Numbered from the stretch's first letter, positions 10,834 through 21,294 are shown. The stretch: 64,000 nucleotides of DNA from Bacillota bacterium (GCA_022706885.1 JAKJBR010000001.1:118138-182137), one strand, 5' to 3'. The notes: generated by a model from the sequence alone, not told the origin. A program made the numbers and translations.

Positions 10834-11288
10834 AGATAAATATAATCTGTGTGGGAAAATTAAAAGAAAAATATCTAATTGAAGCACAAGACGAGTATAT
10901 TAAAAGACTGTCAAGGTTTTGTGATGTGAAGATAACGGAAGTAAGTGATGAAAAAGACGATATTCCCGATGCCATGGAAAAAGAAGGAGCAAGAATACTG
11001 TCAAAAATTCAACCCAAAGACTATGTGATATGTCTTGCGATAGAAGGCATGAAATTTGACAGTGAAGCTTTTTCCGAGAAAATCATATCTGTATTTGATT
11101 TATCAAACCCCGTTATTGATTTCGTGATAGGAGGAAGCCTCGGTCTTTCGGACAGTGTAAAGAAAAGAGCGGATATGCTTCTGTCCTTTTCCGACATGAC
11201 TTTTCCTCACCGGTTGATGAGAGTAATATTGTTAGAACAGCTATTCAGAGCATTCAAGATAGCAAACAATGAGAGTTATCATAAGTAG
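10830..11288 (+). CDS. rlmH: 23S rRNA (pseudouridine1915-N3)-methyltransferase, SPOUT family
   Basis: 152 aa; MKINIICVGKLKE...YIKR N-terminus and C-terminal FPHRLMRVILLEQLFRA characteristic of RlmH; ATGA overlap with upstream MBL gene. Confidence 0.85.
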   Translation: MKINIICVGKLKEKYLIEAQDEYIKRLSRFCDVKITEVSDEKDDIPDAMEKEGARILSKIQPKDYVICLAIEGMKFDSEAFSEKIISVFDLSNPVIDFVIGGSLGLSDSVKKRADMLLSFSDMTFPHRLMRVILLEQLFRAFKIANNESYHK

Positions 11289-11301
11289 AAGGATTTAAAA
11301 A

Positions 11302-11439
11302 ATGTTTAAACAAAGACCGCAGAATCAAAAGGATGAGAGCAAAGTATTTGAAGACTTATTATCAGCAAGTGAAAGCAGTATGGATTTCTGGTTTAATGAT
11401 GTAGATGATGAGCAGTGGAATGATGAGAAAAACGATTAA
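11302..11439 (+). CDS. candidate small acidic protein (45 aa, MFKQRPQNQKDESKVFEDLLSASESSMDFWFNDVDDEQWNDEKND); 3' half is part of repeat A
   Basis: ORF below track threshold found by eye; RBS-like GAAGGA upstream; its 3' portion plus 21 nt downstream recurs at 22357..22422. Confidence 0.3.
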   Translation: MFKQRPQNQKDESKVFEDLLSASESSMDFWFNDVDDEQWNDEKND

Positions 11440-11460
11440 ATAACTATTTACACTTCTTGA
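11380..11460. repeat. direct repeat copy A (atggatttctggtttaatga...ataactatttacacttcttga), left boundary of GC-rich island
   Basis: about 90% identical to 22357..22422 apart from a 15-nt indel (cagtggaatgatgag). Confidence 0.8.
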
Positions 11461-11552
11461 GATACGGTTTGTCAAGGGGATTTTTTACCCCTTACATTAA
11501 AACGCAAGAAGTATACAGTTGAGTATTTCGGTTCAATCTGACTCCAATGGTT

Positions 11553-12074
11553 TCATTCATGTGATCTCAACGCTTCCTTCAGCATTGAATGGATGTTTAA
11601 TGATTCCGGCAGATCATTCATGCCGCGATGCACCCATTCTTCTATAAGTCCGGAGATCATACCTGCGAGAAGAGCCCGTATATAGGCCACATTGTCATCT
11701 TCATCTGGTGAGGGGCCACAGCAATAGAATATGTGATCACGTAATAAATAAGTCAAGTTATTCTGATTAAGAAGGAGCAGCAGTTCCTTCTGTTTTTTAA
11801 ATTCATCCAACAGTGACGGCCAGAAGTTTTCATAGAATTCCTTTTCCGGCTTTTGGGAAAACTCCTGCCACCATTCATTGGTACAGGCGGCGAGATACTT
11901 AACAAGAATATCCTGTTTGGAGTTGTAGTTTCTATAAAAAGAAACTCTGCCGACACAGGCTTTTTCACAAAGCTCCGTAACGGTGATTTTGTCAAATGAC
12001 TTAGTTTTCATGAGGCCAATCAAGGCACTGGTAAGGCTTTCAAGTACAAATTCGTGTGATGTTACTGCTTTCAT
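11553..12074 (-). CDS. TetR/AcrR-family transcriptional regulator
   Basis: ORF 11553..12164 trimmed to ATG 12074 (MKAVTSHEFVLESL...KITVTELCEKACVGRVSFYRNY HTH); GC-rich codon usage. Confidence 0.7.
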   Translation of the reverse strand: MKAVTSHEFVLESLTSALIGLMKTKSFDKITVTELCEKACVGRVSFYRNYNSKQDILVKYLAACTNEWWQEFSQKPEKEFYENFWPSLLDEFKKQKELLLLLNQNNLTYLLRDHIFYCCGPSPDEDDNVAYIRALLAGMISGLIEEWVHRGMNDLPESLNIHSMLKEALRSHE

Positions 12075-12225
12075 AGTGATACAAATTCCCCGTTTTGTTT
12101 CTTTTTTTGACGAAGCAATCCTTTCTCTTGATTTCAGGAAAAAGGATTGATACACTTGCACCATGAAACAAATGTATCAGTTGGCTGGGCGCTTGTCAAG
12201 CATAATATAATATCGGGAGGTTTCT

Positions 12226-13707
12226 ATGAGAAGCAAGGAGAGCAAACCAAAAATCGATAAGTCTTTATGGCTTACAACAAAAAGCGAAAGAATCAACTAC
12301 TATGTTGGCGATTTGGGGCGCACATTGGAGGGCTATATCGTCACGGCGTTTATGACGCTCTTTCTGTTATTTCAGGGAATCAACCTGATCTCGATTTCCG
12401 CGGCAATCCTGGTTGTCAAGGTCATCGATGCGCTCGACGACGTAATTTTCGGTTTCTTGATCGACAAACTCAATATCAAAAAGAGCCGACTTTTTGGAAA
12501 AATAGCCGGTGAAGGCAAATACTTGCCTTGGTACCGCGCGACCTTCTTCCTGTTCCCGATTTTTACGGTCCTTTTCTTTCTTATGCCGCAGGGCGTGCCA
12601 AACGCCGTGAAGATCGGTTGGTTTATGGTGACCTATCTTCTGTATGATATCAGTTATACGCTTGTTGAGGTCCCCATGAACTCAATGATTGTGTCGCTGA
12701 CGGACAACACCGAGGAGCGTAACTCAATCCTTCAGACGAAAGGCATCATCGGCGGCATTGCGACGGTTTTAGCCGGCATCATCTGGACATTCCTTATTAG
12801 CGAACATGTAGGAATCTCCATAAGACTGGTTGCGATTGTTTCGTCTGTCATTTTCTTCTTCATGATGCTACCGCTGGCGACAAAAGTGAAGGAACACAAT
12901 ACCGAACTGAAAAACACCGAGGACGAAAAGAGCACGGAGCGTTACAATTTCCGTGATATGATTAAATGCGTAAAGACAAACAAATACATGGCTGTCATCC
13001 TTCTCAGCACGCTTATTATGGGGGCTCTGGCGACGGGCAGTTCTCTCGGAACCTATGCGTCATACTATCTGTACGGTGACTCGATGATTCTTATCATTCC
13101 AATCGCGATCGCCTTTATCCCTCAGCTGATTGCCCAGCTCAATACCGATAAGTTATGCCGCAAATTCGGAAAGAAAAAGGTTTATATGGTCTGCGGGTTG
13201 ACCGCAGCTCTAATCTACGGTTCTATTTTCTTTGCCGGTTACAACAATTTTGTCGTTATTACAATCCTGCTGGTGCTGCAGGCTGCGCCGGGCAATGTTG
13301 CCAATATCGCAAAGACTTTTTTCACTCCGGATACGATTGAGTATACGCGCTATAAGACCGGAAAAGACTGCTCGGGGATTTTCTTCTCCCTCAATGCGTT
13401 CGTTAACAAGTTAACGACAAGCATCGCTTCTTCTTTGGGCGTGTTCATCCTGGGGCTTTCCGAATGGATTACTGTTGAGGCAGACAGCTTTGAGGAGCTT
13501 GCCGAGCTCAATGTAGTGCAGACCCAGAGTGCACTGGACACTCTTTGGATTGTCTTTATGCTGATTCCCGCACTTGGCACACTGCTGAGCGTTGTGGTTA
13601 TGGCATTCTATAAGCTGAAGGATGACGACGCAAAACTTATGGCTCAATGTAATGCCGGTGAGATTAGCCGCGAGGAATGCGAGACCAGATTGTCGCGGAA
13701 ATACTGA
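12226..13707 (+). CDS. glycoside-pentoside-hexuronide (GPH) family cation symporter (MFS superfamily, MelB-like)
   Basis: 493 aa, 12 predicted TM segments; N-terminal YYVGDLG...VIDALDDVIFGFLIDK motif typical of GPH sugar symporters. Confidence 0.75.
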   Translation: MRSKESKPKIDKSLWLTTKSERINYYVGDLGRTLEGYIVTAFMTLFLLFQGINLISISAAILVVKVIDALDDVIFGFLIDKLNIKKSRLFGKIAGEGKYLPWYRATFFLFPIFTVLFFLMPQGVPNAVKIGWFMVTYLLYDISYTLVEVPMNSMIVSLTDNTEERNSILQTKGIIGGIATVLAGIIWTFLISEHVGISIRLVAIVSSVIFFFMMLPLATKVKEHNTELKNTEDEKSTERYNFRDMIKCVKTNKYMAVILLSTLIMGALATGSSLGTYASYYLYGDSMILIIPIAIAFIPQLIAQLNTDKLCRKFGKKKVYMVCGLTAALIYGSIFFAGYNNFVVITILLVLQAAPGNVANIAKTFFTPDTIEYTRYKTGKDCSGIFFSLNAFVNKLTTSIASSLGVFILGLSEWITVEADSFEELAELNVVQTQSALDTLWIVFMLIPALGTLLSVVVMAFYKLKDDDAKLMAQCNAGEISREECETRLSRKY

Positions 13708-13725
13708 AAAACAGGAGACTGTATC

Positions 13726-15312
13726 ATGCTTGAAAGAGACAACGTCAGATTCTTTGATATGACTTCTGTCTCTCCGACGCAGGGAATCGAACGGAGGGCA
13801 ACGGGTCAGTATGTCAAAGCCGGCCTTGCACGGCTGTTTCCCGGTGAGGTGTTCAGAAATATATGTGTCAGTTTTAACGGGAGCGGGGAGTATCATCCAA
13901 AGGTTTCTCTGATTCAGCGTATGTTCGGCGGCGGAAAAAAGATTGAAGGCCTACCCGCATATTATGAAGTGGAACTGGAGCATCTGACCGGTAGCCATAC
14001 TGAGACGCTCATTGTTTGGTCGCCTGCAGCCTGGAACGGTCGTTTTGCGGGAACCGCCGGAGGAGGGACCGGTATCGGAGGACGAAGTTATCTGACAAAG
14101 CCGGATAACGCCCAGCGTGGTTTGACGGTCCCCTTTGCCGTCATGAACGGTTTTACTGCAGCGACGATGTTCGCGGGAAACAATGACGGCGGGTTCCACG
14201 ATTACACCATCGACCCGAAAACCGGAACGCTCAACCGTGAGTTGTACGAAAACTGGAGACTTCGGAGCACTCATAATATGACTGTTTTCGGAAAAGCTAT
14301 AGCAGAGCTTCTCCATGATCGCCCTGTCAGATGGACCTATATGAACGGCGGCTCCGGAGGCGGAAGACAATCGCTCATGGAAGTCCAGAATTATCCGAAA
14401 GACTATAACGGCATCTGGGCATCCTGCCCCGCAATCAACTGGCAGAAGTTGATGGTCTCCGGTTTTTGGGCTCAGACGCTCATGAACGAGTATGGAATCA
14501 CATTTTCAGCTAAAAAGAATCAGTTTTTCATTGACGCCGTTCATGAAGCAAACGGCGGTGCGGACAAGTATTATCGCTTGGAAAAGATCCCTGAATTTGA
14601 TTTTTATTCCTGTGTGGGGAAAAATATTGGTAGCGATTCCATTACAGAAGCCGATGCAAGATTCATGACGGAACTTTGCCGTGGCCCGAGAAAGGCTGAC
14701 GGCAGTTTCCTTTGGTACGGTTTTGCACCCGGCGTGAAGAATTGGCAGTGTGTGATTCCTATCGGCACCTATTATTATCCGATGCCATGGTCGCGGCACG
14801 TAAAGCCTTTTTTTCTCGCCCCAATCTGCGCCAGATGGATCACGGAAACACCGGGTCAGAAGTTTGATGGCATGAAGATTAGGGAATTCACCGAGCTTTT
14901 TGAAGAAGGCGTCAGAAAGTTTTCGGATAACCTTGGTGATAATCCTGCAATCGATGCATTTGTGAATGCCGGCGGCAAACTCATAATCGACCACGGTATG
15001 GACGACCCGCTGATACCGGTGGAAGGGACGCTGGACTATTACGGGAAGCTTCTCACGCATTTTGGTTCGCAGAGTGCGTTGGACCGCTTTATGAGACTAT
15101 ACATAACCCCCGGTGACAGCCATGGTAATTGCTTCGGCAACGGACCCGGAATTACCGAAAAAGATGGCATGCTTGCTCTGATGAAGTGGGTCGAAGAGGG
15201 AAAGGCTCCGGAAGAGATACGAAAAGTCAGAGTGGGCAGAAAGAACGGGGAGACGCTGGAGGAAAGCAGCCAGAGTCCTTACCGGGACGAAAGGCATAAC
15301 AATGAAGACTGA
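13726..15312 (+). CDS. tannase/feruloyl-esterase family hydrolase (no signal peptide)
   Basis: 528 aa; nucleophile motif YMNGGSGGGRQSLMEVQNYPKDYNGIWASCPA matches the GCSTGGRQGLMEAQRYP...G...PA signature of the tannase/feruloyl esterase family. Confidence 0.7.
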   Translation: MLERDNVRFFDMTSVSPTQGIERRATGQYVKAGLARLFPGEVFRNICVSFNGSGEYHPKVSLIQRMFGGGKKIEGLPAYYEVELEHLTGSHTETLIVWSPAAWNGRFAGTAGGGTGIGGRSYLTKPDNAQRGLTVPFAVMNGFTAATMFAGNNDGGFHDYTIDPKTGTLNRELYENWRLRSTHNMTVFGKAIAELLHDRPVRWTYMNGGSGGGRQSLMEVQNYPKDYNGIWASCPAINWQKLMVSGFWAQTLMNEYGITFSAKKNQFFIDAVHEANGGADKYYRLEKIPEFDFYSCVGKNIGSDSITEADARFMTELCRGPRKADGSFLWYGFAPGVKNWQCVIPIGTYYYPMPWSRHVKPFFLAPICARWITETPGQKFDGMKIREFTELFEEGVRKFSDNLGDNPAIDAFVNAGGKLIIDHGMDDPLIPVEGTLDYYGKLLTHFGSQSALDRFMRLYITPGDSHGNCFGNGPGITEKDGMLALMKWVEEGKAPEEIRKVRVGRKNGETLEESSQSPYRDERHNNED

Positions 15313-16495
15313 AACAATCAATCAGGTGATGCAAGGCTATATTGATTCACATGAACTAGCCGGTGGAGCGTTGCATGTGTTTTCAGAAGCTGAAACGATT
15401 TTCCGCGGAAAATGGGGATTAAGCGATATTGAAGCAACGAGATCCGTGGAATATGACAGTATTTTCAGACTCATGTCGATGACAAAGCCGATCGTAGCTG
15501 CCGCAGTGATGATTTGTGCAGAGAGGGGACTTATCGACATAGATGATCCTGTTTCGCATTATCTGCCGGAATTCGCGGATATGCAGGTGAATCATGATCC
15601 GAAATATGCCAACGGACCGGACGTACTTAAAAGAATACCTCTGCTTATTCCGTTTTTCAATATCAGTAAAGTGAAAACAAAACCTGCCTCCCGCGACATC
15701 ACAGTCCGCGATCTCTTAAGCCATTCCTCGGGAATGCAGCAGGGAACGGTCAGTCTGCTGAGCCTTCTGAAAGGTCTTCCGCAGTTCGGATCGCTCAGGG
15801 AAGAAGTTTCGTATTTTGCTGCTCAACCCCTGGATTTTGATCCGGGAACCGGAACGGGTTATTCACCTCTCGCCGGTTTTGATGTGCTTGGATATCTCAT
15901 TGAATGTGTGAGTGGCACACGGCTTGAAGGTTTTGTTCGCACAGAAATCTGCGATCCTCTCGAAATGTTTGATACAGGCTTTTTCCTATCAGAAGAGAGA
16001 CAGAAAAGGCTTGTCAAGGTATATAAAAGGCATGCTGGCAGCCTGAAAGATGTCACCGGAACAAAGAATGATGTGGCAGGAGCCATGCACCAGAAGGCCA
16101 TCTCTTTTGAACATGGCTGTGGCGGAATGTATTCCACTCTTGATGATTATAGCCATTTTGCACAGATGCTGCTCTGTGAAGGTTCCTATAAAGGCAGACG
16201 GATTCTGCAGCCGGAAACGGTTCGAATGATGCGAAGTGAAGCGCCTCTCGTCCATCTTGAGCCCGAACCCGGCTTTGTATGGGGACTGGGAATGAAGATT
16301 CGTCAGAATCCTGAAAAGGGCGGCAGTCCTGCGACAGCCGGAACCTACGGCTGGAGCGGGGCTTTTGGCACGCACTTCTTCATCAGCCCTATTGACAGGC
16401 TGGGCGTTGTATTTATGACGAACCGCGCCGATTTGGAAGGGTCAGGGTCCTATATCAGCAAGAGAATCGAAGAACTGGTTTTTGAAGGGGACTGA
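15302..16495 (+). CDS. beta-lactamase-family serine hydrolase (class C-like esterase)
   Basis: 397 aa; S-x-x-K motif SMTKPIVAAAV; overall PBP/beta-lactamase fold pattern. Confidence 0.7.
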   Translation: MKTETINQVMQGYIDSHELAGGALHVFSEAETIFRGKWGLSDIEATRSVEYDSIFRLMSMTKPIVAAAVMICAERGLIDIDDPVSHYLPEFADMQVNHDPKYANGPDVLKRIPLLIPFFNISKVKTKPASRDITVRDLLSHSSGMQQGTVSLLSLLKGLPQFGSLREEVSYFAAQPLDFDPGTGTGYSPLAGFDVLGYLIECVSGTRLEGFVRTEICDPLEMFDTGFFLSEERQKRLVKVYKRHAGSLKDVTGTKNDVAGAMHQKAISFEHGCGGMYSTLDDYSHFAQMLLCEGSYKGRRILQPETVRMMRSEAPLVHLEPEPGFVWGLGMKIRQNPEKGGSPATAGTYGWSGAFGTHFFISPIDRLGVVFMTNRADLEGSGSYISKRIEELVFEGD

Positions 16496-16500
16496 GAACT

Positions 16501-17556
16501 ATGATTACACCAGAAACAACAATAAAAGAAATCCGCAGCATACTGCAGGACAATCTGTTCAGCCAGTTGATCTATGACCTTTCAGAAAGGGGAGCCGGCA
16601 GATTCTCTGACGAAAACAGAACCCTGAAAGATATTCAGGTTGCAGATCCGGCATGGAATGCGGACGATATGGTTTTCGGTCTGAACACACTGTGCCGTAA
16701 TGCTGCAAGAGGAAGGGTTTTATATGATGTATACAGGTCTGATGAGACTGCTGCGTGCCCCGGAAAAGCGAATGTTAAACTGGTCCATTTTCCGGCAGAA
16801 ACTGCATGCAACTACGAAAAAGACTGCGTACGAAGAACGCTGATACTCGCCTCGGGCGGCGCTTACGGTGCAGTCTGCAATCTGCCCGAGGCATTTCCCG
16901 CAGCGGCAGAAGCTGCAGCGCTTGGAATAGACTGCCTTTGTCTGACATATCGGGTCGGGGCTTTGGCACCGCTTTTCCCAAAGCCGATGGAGGATCTGGC
17001 AGCCGCGATTCGTTTCCTTTTCAGCAATGAACAGAATCTTGATGTTAGCATGAAGCATTACGCAGTCGGGGGCTTTTCCGCGGGGGGACATCTTGCTGCC
17101 TGCGGGGGCATTAAGGAACTGGGATATCGGAAATTCAACCTTCCTGCGCCAGAAGCAGTGCTCCTTGCTTATCCCCTGCTTAATGTTTGGAAAGCCTTGG
17201 AACAGTTGCCGGAACCGTATCGCAAGCTTATGCTTAAAGGTCTTCTCGGGTCTGGAGTTGATGAATCTTATTGTGGACCTTATAACGTTAATCAGAATAT
17301 TGACTGCGACTATCCGCCGTGTTTTATTGTTCACGCAAGAGATGACGAGACGGTGGATTGTGAACTCAGCTCAGCTTTTGCTCGTGCTCTCACAACAGCA
17401 GATGTCCCCTGTGTTATAGAAAAACCTGAACACGGCGGGCATGGTTTTGGCAGAGGCGGCAAAACAGAAGCCGAAGGATGGATTAAAAGAGCAATTACAT
17501 TTTGGAAGGAACAGAGACAGAGACATGAAACTGTATCATTTACGCGTAAATCATAG
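16501..17556 (+). CDS. alpha/beta-hydrolase fold esterase
   Basis: 351 aa; GGFSAGGHLA nucleophile elbow, HARDDETVD and HGGHGFG triad elements. Confidence 0.65.
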   Translation: MITPETTIKEIRSILQDNLFSQLIYDLSERGAGRFSDENRTLKDIQVADPAWNADDMVFGLNTLCRNAARGRVLYDVYRSDETAACPGKANVKLVHFPAETACNYEKDCVRRTLILASGGAYGAVCNLPEAFPAAAEAAALGIDCLCLTYRVGALAPLFPKPMEDLAAAIRFLFSNEQNLDVSMKHYAVGGFSAGGHLAACGGIKELGYRKFNLPAPEAVLLAYPLLNVWKALEQLPEPYRKLMLKGLLGSGVDESYCGPYNVNQNIDCDYPPCFIVHARDDETVDCELSSAFARALTTADVPCVIEKPEHGGHGFGRGGKTEAEGWIKRAITFWKEQRQRHETVSFTRKS

Positions 17557-20134
17557 AACAAATCCCTGCGTTGACGGGGATATTGAGTTTTCCTGGCGCA
17601 TCAGTTCTGAACACAAGAACATTGTGCAGCGTTCTTACCGAATCCTTGTGGAAGGCGAGGAAGGAACGATGTGGGACAGCGGTACAGTGGAGAGCAGGCG
17701 GCAGAGTTTTGTCGCATATGACGGACCGAAGCTTCCCTCAAAATCTGAATATCGGTATACTGTGACCGTGTGTACCGCTGACGGTGATTCCTCCGGTGCA
17801 TCCGGACGTTTTTATACAGGTCTTGACCTTGCAGACTGGAAAGCATGCTGGGTTGAATCCACCTTTATGAGAAATCCGCATCAGATGTTCTCTGACGGTA
17901 TCGAAAACCCGGTGCTCTCTTTTACGAGAGGTTTTGAAATCCGCGGGAAACTTCGCTCAGCCGTCATGTATGCCACCTGTTATGGCGTTTATCATCTGAT
18001 AATCAACGGAGAAAGAGCGGACGACAGGGAATTTGCTCCGGAGTTCACCGCTTACAGCAAGCTTTTGTATTACCAAAGATACGATGTGTCCGGGCTGTTG
18101 CATACGGGAAAAAACAAGCTGGAGATGCTGGTGGGAGACGGCTGGTACTTCAACAGCCAGACCGTACCTGTCGGCTGCGATCACGAAAAGCCCGCAATCC
18201 TGTATCAATTGGAACTTGAATATGCAGATGGAACCCGCGAGACTGTTTTCAGCGACGGCAGTGAGGAGTGTCGCCAGACAAATATCCTGTATTCGGATCT
18301 GTTCGTCGGAGAAAAAATCGATCTGACAAAGCCTTATTCGGAGCCCTTGAGACCGGTGCTCTGTGATTATCCCTTCGATATTCTCCGGGCTCAGGCACTT
18401 GATCCGGTTAGGGCTGTTGAAATCTTCTCAGTTAAGAAGGTCATTCAAAGCCCAAAGGGCGAACTTATTTATGATTTCGGTCAGGTAATTGCCGGCAGAT
18501 GCCGAGTCTTGCTACGGGAAGAACGCGGAACGGAAGTGCGCATCCATCATACGGAAGTTCTGGATAAAGATGGCAATTATTTTGCGGCGCTATCTTCCCG
18601 CCAGCGCGACACCGTAATCTGCAGCGGGGAAAAGACTCTCTATGAACCAATCTTTACCTTTCACGGCTTTCGCTACATCATGATCGAAGGCGCAAGAAAT
18701 ATCCGCCCTGAAGATGTGACTGCCGTCCTTCTTTCCACGGAAAAGGAGAACAAAGGCAGATTCAATTGCAGCAATCCGAAGCTGAACCGGCTGTATCAAA
18801 ACATTCGGTATTCCCAGAGAAACAATATGATGTCAATCCCGACAGACTGCCCGCAGCGCGAAAAAGCAGGATGGACAGGTGATGTTCTGGTCTATAATGC
18901 CGCAAGCATGCTGAACGAAGAAATGACACCTTTCTATGAAAGCTGGCTTTCCAGTCTCCTTGCAGATCAGCAGGAAAGCGGGGCGGTACCGATTACCTGC
19001 CCCTCGACAAAAATGTATGACTTCATGCTTAGAAAGATTAGCCGCGAGTATGATAAGTCAAAGCCGGCCAAGGGGCTGGAGGATATTCTGCCCGCGGAAG
19101 GCGAATCCGCAGCAGGAGGAGAACTGCCTTCGGTTGCCGGGTGGAGCGATGTGATTATAGAACTTCCGTACAGTATGTACAGGCTGACAGGCAATGACCT
19201 GATTCTTAAGAAATGTCTGCCCGCTATGAAGAAATATGCTGATCAGGTAATCCGCACAGCGGCGACCCGCAGAGGCGGCGCTTCACTTGATGAAAACGAT
19301 CGGTACCTCTGGAATACCGGTTTCCATTTCGGAGAATGGCTTGTTCCGGGGAAGGAAAAGCCCGGATTTGAAGCCTGTAAGGAAACGACCTGGTATATCG
19401 CTCCTTTTTACGCATTCCGTTCGGTAAACCTGCTGGCAGAAATCTGTGAAAAGCTTGGCGACGAAAAGAGCGCTGCGTATTACGGAAGTATCGCCCGAAA
19501 AATGAAAGCAGCAATCGAGGCAGAAGTGCTTCCTCTGCAACACGAATATGCAGACTATATGGGACGATACATCCTTGCCCTGGCATTTGAATTGGTTGAC
19601 GGAGACCTGGAAAAGGAATACGCCGGGAAACTCATTGAATTGATTCATTCAAACGATTATCGTATAGGAACCGGTTTTCTTGCAACGCCCTACATTCTGA
19701 AAGTACTGGACAGCATCGGCCGCCACGATCTGGCATTGAAGGTCCTGATGAACCCGAACTGCCCGGGCTGGCTCTATGAAGTCAGCATGGGAGCTACAAC
19801 GATATGGGAAAGCTGGAGTGCCGTAGCGCCTGACGGAACGCCGCAAAAGATCAGCTTTGACCATTATGCTTTCGGTATTGTGGATGAATATTTCTTTTCC
19901 GTTCTTGCGGGAGTCAGACCGCTTGAGCCGGGTTTTGCCAGATTTGAGGTCAGCCCGGACCGTGTGATTGGTCTGGACCGGCTGAAACGGGAGTTTATCT
20001 GCGAGGCCGGCCTTATTTCTGTCGAATATACAGACTCCGTTCTGACGGTAACAGTTCCGCCCAATACCCGTGCAGTGATCAAATGGAACGGAGAAACAAA
20101 GGAGGTTGGGAGTGGTACATGGAGATTCGAATAA
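17525..20134 (+). CDS. alpha-L-rhamnosidase (GH78)
   Basis: ORF 17441..20134; start placed at ATG 17525 (MKLYHLRVNH); length about 870 aa and conserved PTDCPQREKAGWTGD motif typical of bacterial GH78. Confidence 0.8.
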   Translation: MKLYHLRVNHRTNPCVDGDIEFSWRISSEHKNIVQRSYRILVEGEEGTMWDSGTVESRRQSFVAYDGPKLPSKSEYRYTVTVCTADGDSSGASGRFYTGLDLADWKACWVESTFMRNPHQMFSDGIENPVLSFTRGFEIRGKLRSAVMYATCYGVYHLIINGERADDREFAPEFTAYSKLLYYQRYDVSGLLHTGKNKLEMLVGDGWYFNSQTVPVGCDHEKPAILYQLELEYADGTRETVFSDGSEECRQTNILYSDLFVGEKIDLTKPYSEPLRPVLCDYPFDILRAQALDPVRAVEIFSVKKVIQSPKGELIYDFGQVIAGRCRVLLREERGTEVRIHHTEVLDKDGNYFAALSSRQRDTVICSGEKTLYEPIFTFHGFRYIMIEGARNIRPEDVTAVLLSTEKENKGRFNCSNPKLNRLYQNIRYSQRNNMMSIPTDCPQREKAGWTGDVLVYNAASMLNEEMTPFYESWLSSLLADQQESGAVPITCPSTKMYDFMLRKISREYDKSKPAKGLEDILPAEGESAAGGELPSVAGWSDVIIELPYSMYRLTGNDLILKKCLPAMKKYADQVIRTAATRRGGASLDENDRYLWNTGFHFGEWLVPGKEKPGFEACKETTWYIAPFYAFRSVNLLAEICEKLGDEKSAAYYGSIARKMKAAIEAEVLPLQHEYADYMGRYILALAFELVDGDLEKEYAGKLIELIHSNDYRIGTGFLATPYILKVLDSIGRHDLALKVLMNPNCPGWLYEVSMGATTIWESWSAVAPDGTPQKISFDHYAFGIVDEYFFSVLAGVRPLEPGFARFEVSPDRVIGLDRLKREFICEAGLISVEYTDSVLTVTVPPNTRAVIKWNGETKEVGSGTWRFE

Positions 20135-20135
20135 T

Positions 20136-21266
20136 ATGAAAAATCATAGTATCCGACCCGGAAAGCCTTTCCTCGACACGGAAGGAATGCGCATTCAGGC
20201 CCACGGGGGGAGTATCTTTTTCGATGCTGAAACCGAGACATATTATCTGTATGGAGAAAACAAGGAATTCTCTGTTCCCGGTAGCGGTATCTGGACTTGG
20301 GGAGTTCGTGCCTATGCGTCAAGGGACTTCTACAACTGGGAGGATAAGGGATTGATAGTTGAGCCTGTGCTTGACGATCCGTTGTCACCGCTCAATCCCC
20401 GGACGGCATGTTTGGATCGGCCACATATCCTGTTTAACCAAAAGACGGAGAAATATGTCTGCTGGATGAAGATCATGCACAGAGATGACAGCAGGCGGCA
20501 GACGGTTACGATAGCGGTCGCAGACAGCTTTTTAGGACCGTATTCGATTGTACAGAGCGGGGTATCTCCGCTTGGCATGAATGCCGGGGATTTTGATCTT
20601 GTCGATGATGAGAACGGAAAAGCTTATTATTACTTTGAACGAGTCCATTCAGAGCTGATTTGCGCGGAGTTGACAGCAGATTACACAGATGTGACAGATG
20701 TCTGCTCCCATCATTTCCCGCATCCGTATCCGCCTTTTGTTCGGGAAGCGCCGGCACACTTTAAGCGAAATGGGCTGCACTATCTTATTACATCCGGAAC
20801 AACCGGGTATTTTCCAAACCGCAGCGAAGTTGCAGTGTCGGAAAGCTGGCATGGCCCTTTTACTGTTCTCGGAGATCCACATCCCGGCGATCCGACCGGC
20901 ACATCCTTTCACTCGCAGATTTCCTCGGTGTTCAAGATGCCTGGAAAGAAGAATCTGTATGTGGCGTTGGCAGACCGCTGGATGCCGAATGCGATGGAAA
21001 TACCGGCAGCCTTCTGTGAGGAGGTTTTTGAGGGCTTCTTTTCGGGCCGAGTCCCGCTCAGCGAAGGCGAGCATTTCCGGGAATCTCTGATCAGGAAATA
21101 CGGGCTACAAGGTTACCGGAGTATTCTTGTGCAGAATGATACGGACACTTCCGTCGCAGACTATGTCTGGCTTCCGCTGAGGTTTGAGGAACCGGCTCCG
21201 CAGCACCCGAATGGAATGATTTTCATAGACTGGCTGGATGAATGGAGAATTGAAGATTACTCATAA
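20136..21266 (+). CDS. GH43-like five-bladed beta-propeller glycoside hydrolase (arabinofuranosidase/xylosidase-like), cytoplasmic
   Basis: ORF 20106..21266 trimmed to ATG 20136; sequence pattern compatible with GH43 fold; family assignment tentative. Confidence 0.5.
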   Translation: MKNHSIRPGKPFLDTEGMRIQAHGGSIFFDAETETYYLYGENKEFSVPGSGIWTWGVRAYASRDFYNWEDKGLIVEPVLDDPLSPLNPRTACLDRPHILFNQKTEKYVCWMKIMHRDDSRRQTVTIAVADSFLGPYSIVQSGVSPLGMNAGDFDLVDDENGKAYYYFERVHSELICAELTADYTDVTDVCSHHFPHPYPPFVREAPAHFKRNGLHYLITSGTTGYFPNRSEVAVSESWHGPFTVLGDPHPGDPTGTSFHSQISSVFKMPGKKNLYVALADRWMPNAMEIPAAFCEEVFEGFFSGRVPLSEGEHFRESLIRKYGLQGYRSILVQNDTDTSVADYVWLPLRFEEPAPQHPNGMIFIDWLDEWRIEDYS

Positions 21267-21294
21267 GAATTATTTATAAAAGGAGACGATGTAA

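Noticed and set aside
13411-17334. Multiple 100-200-aa minus-strand ORFs inside the GC-rich island (e.g. 13411..13896, 13951..14370, 14506..15060, 15989..16375, 16720..17334)
   Set aside because: All lie antisense within well-supported plus-strand genes. Higher GC suppresses stop codons, so these are expected artefacts.
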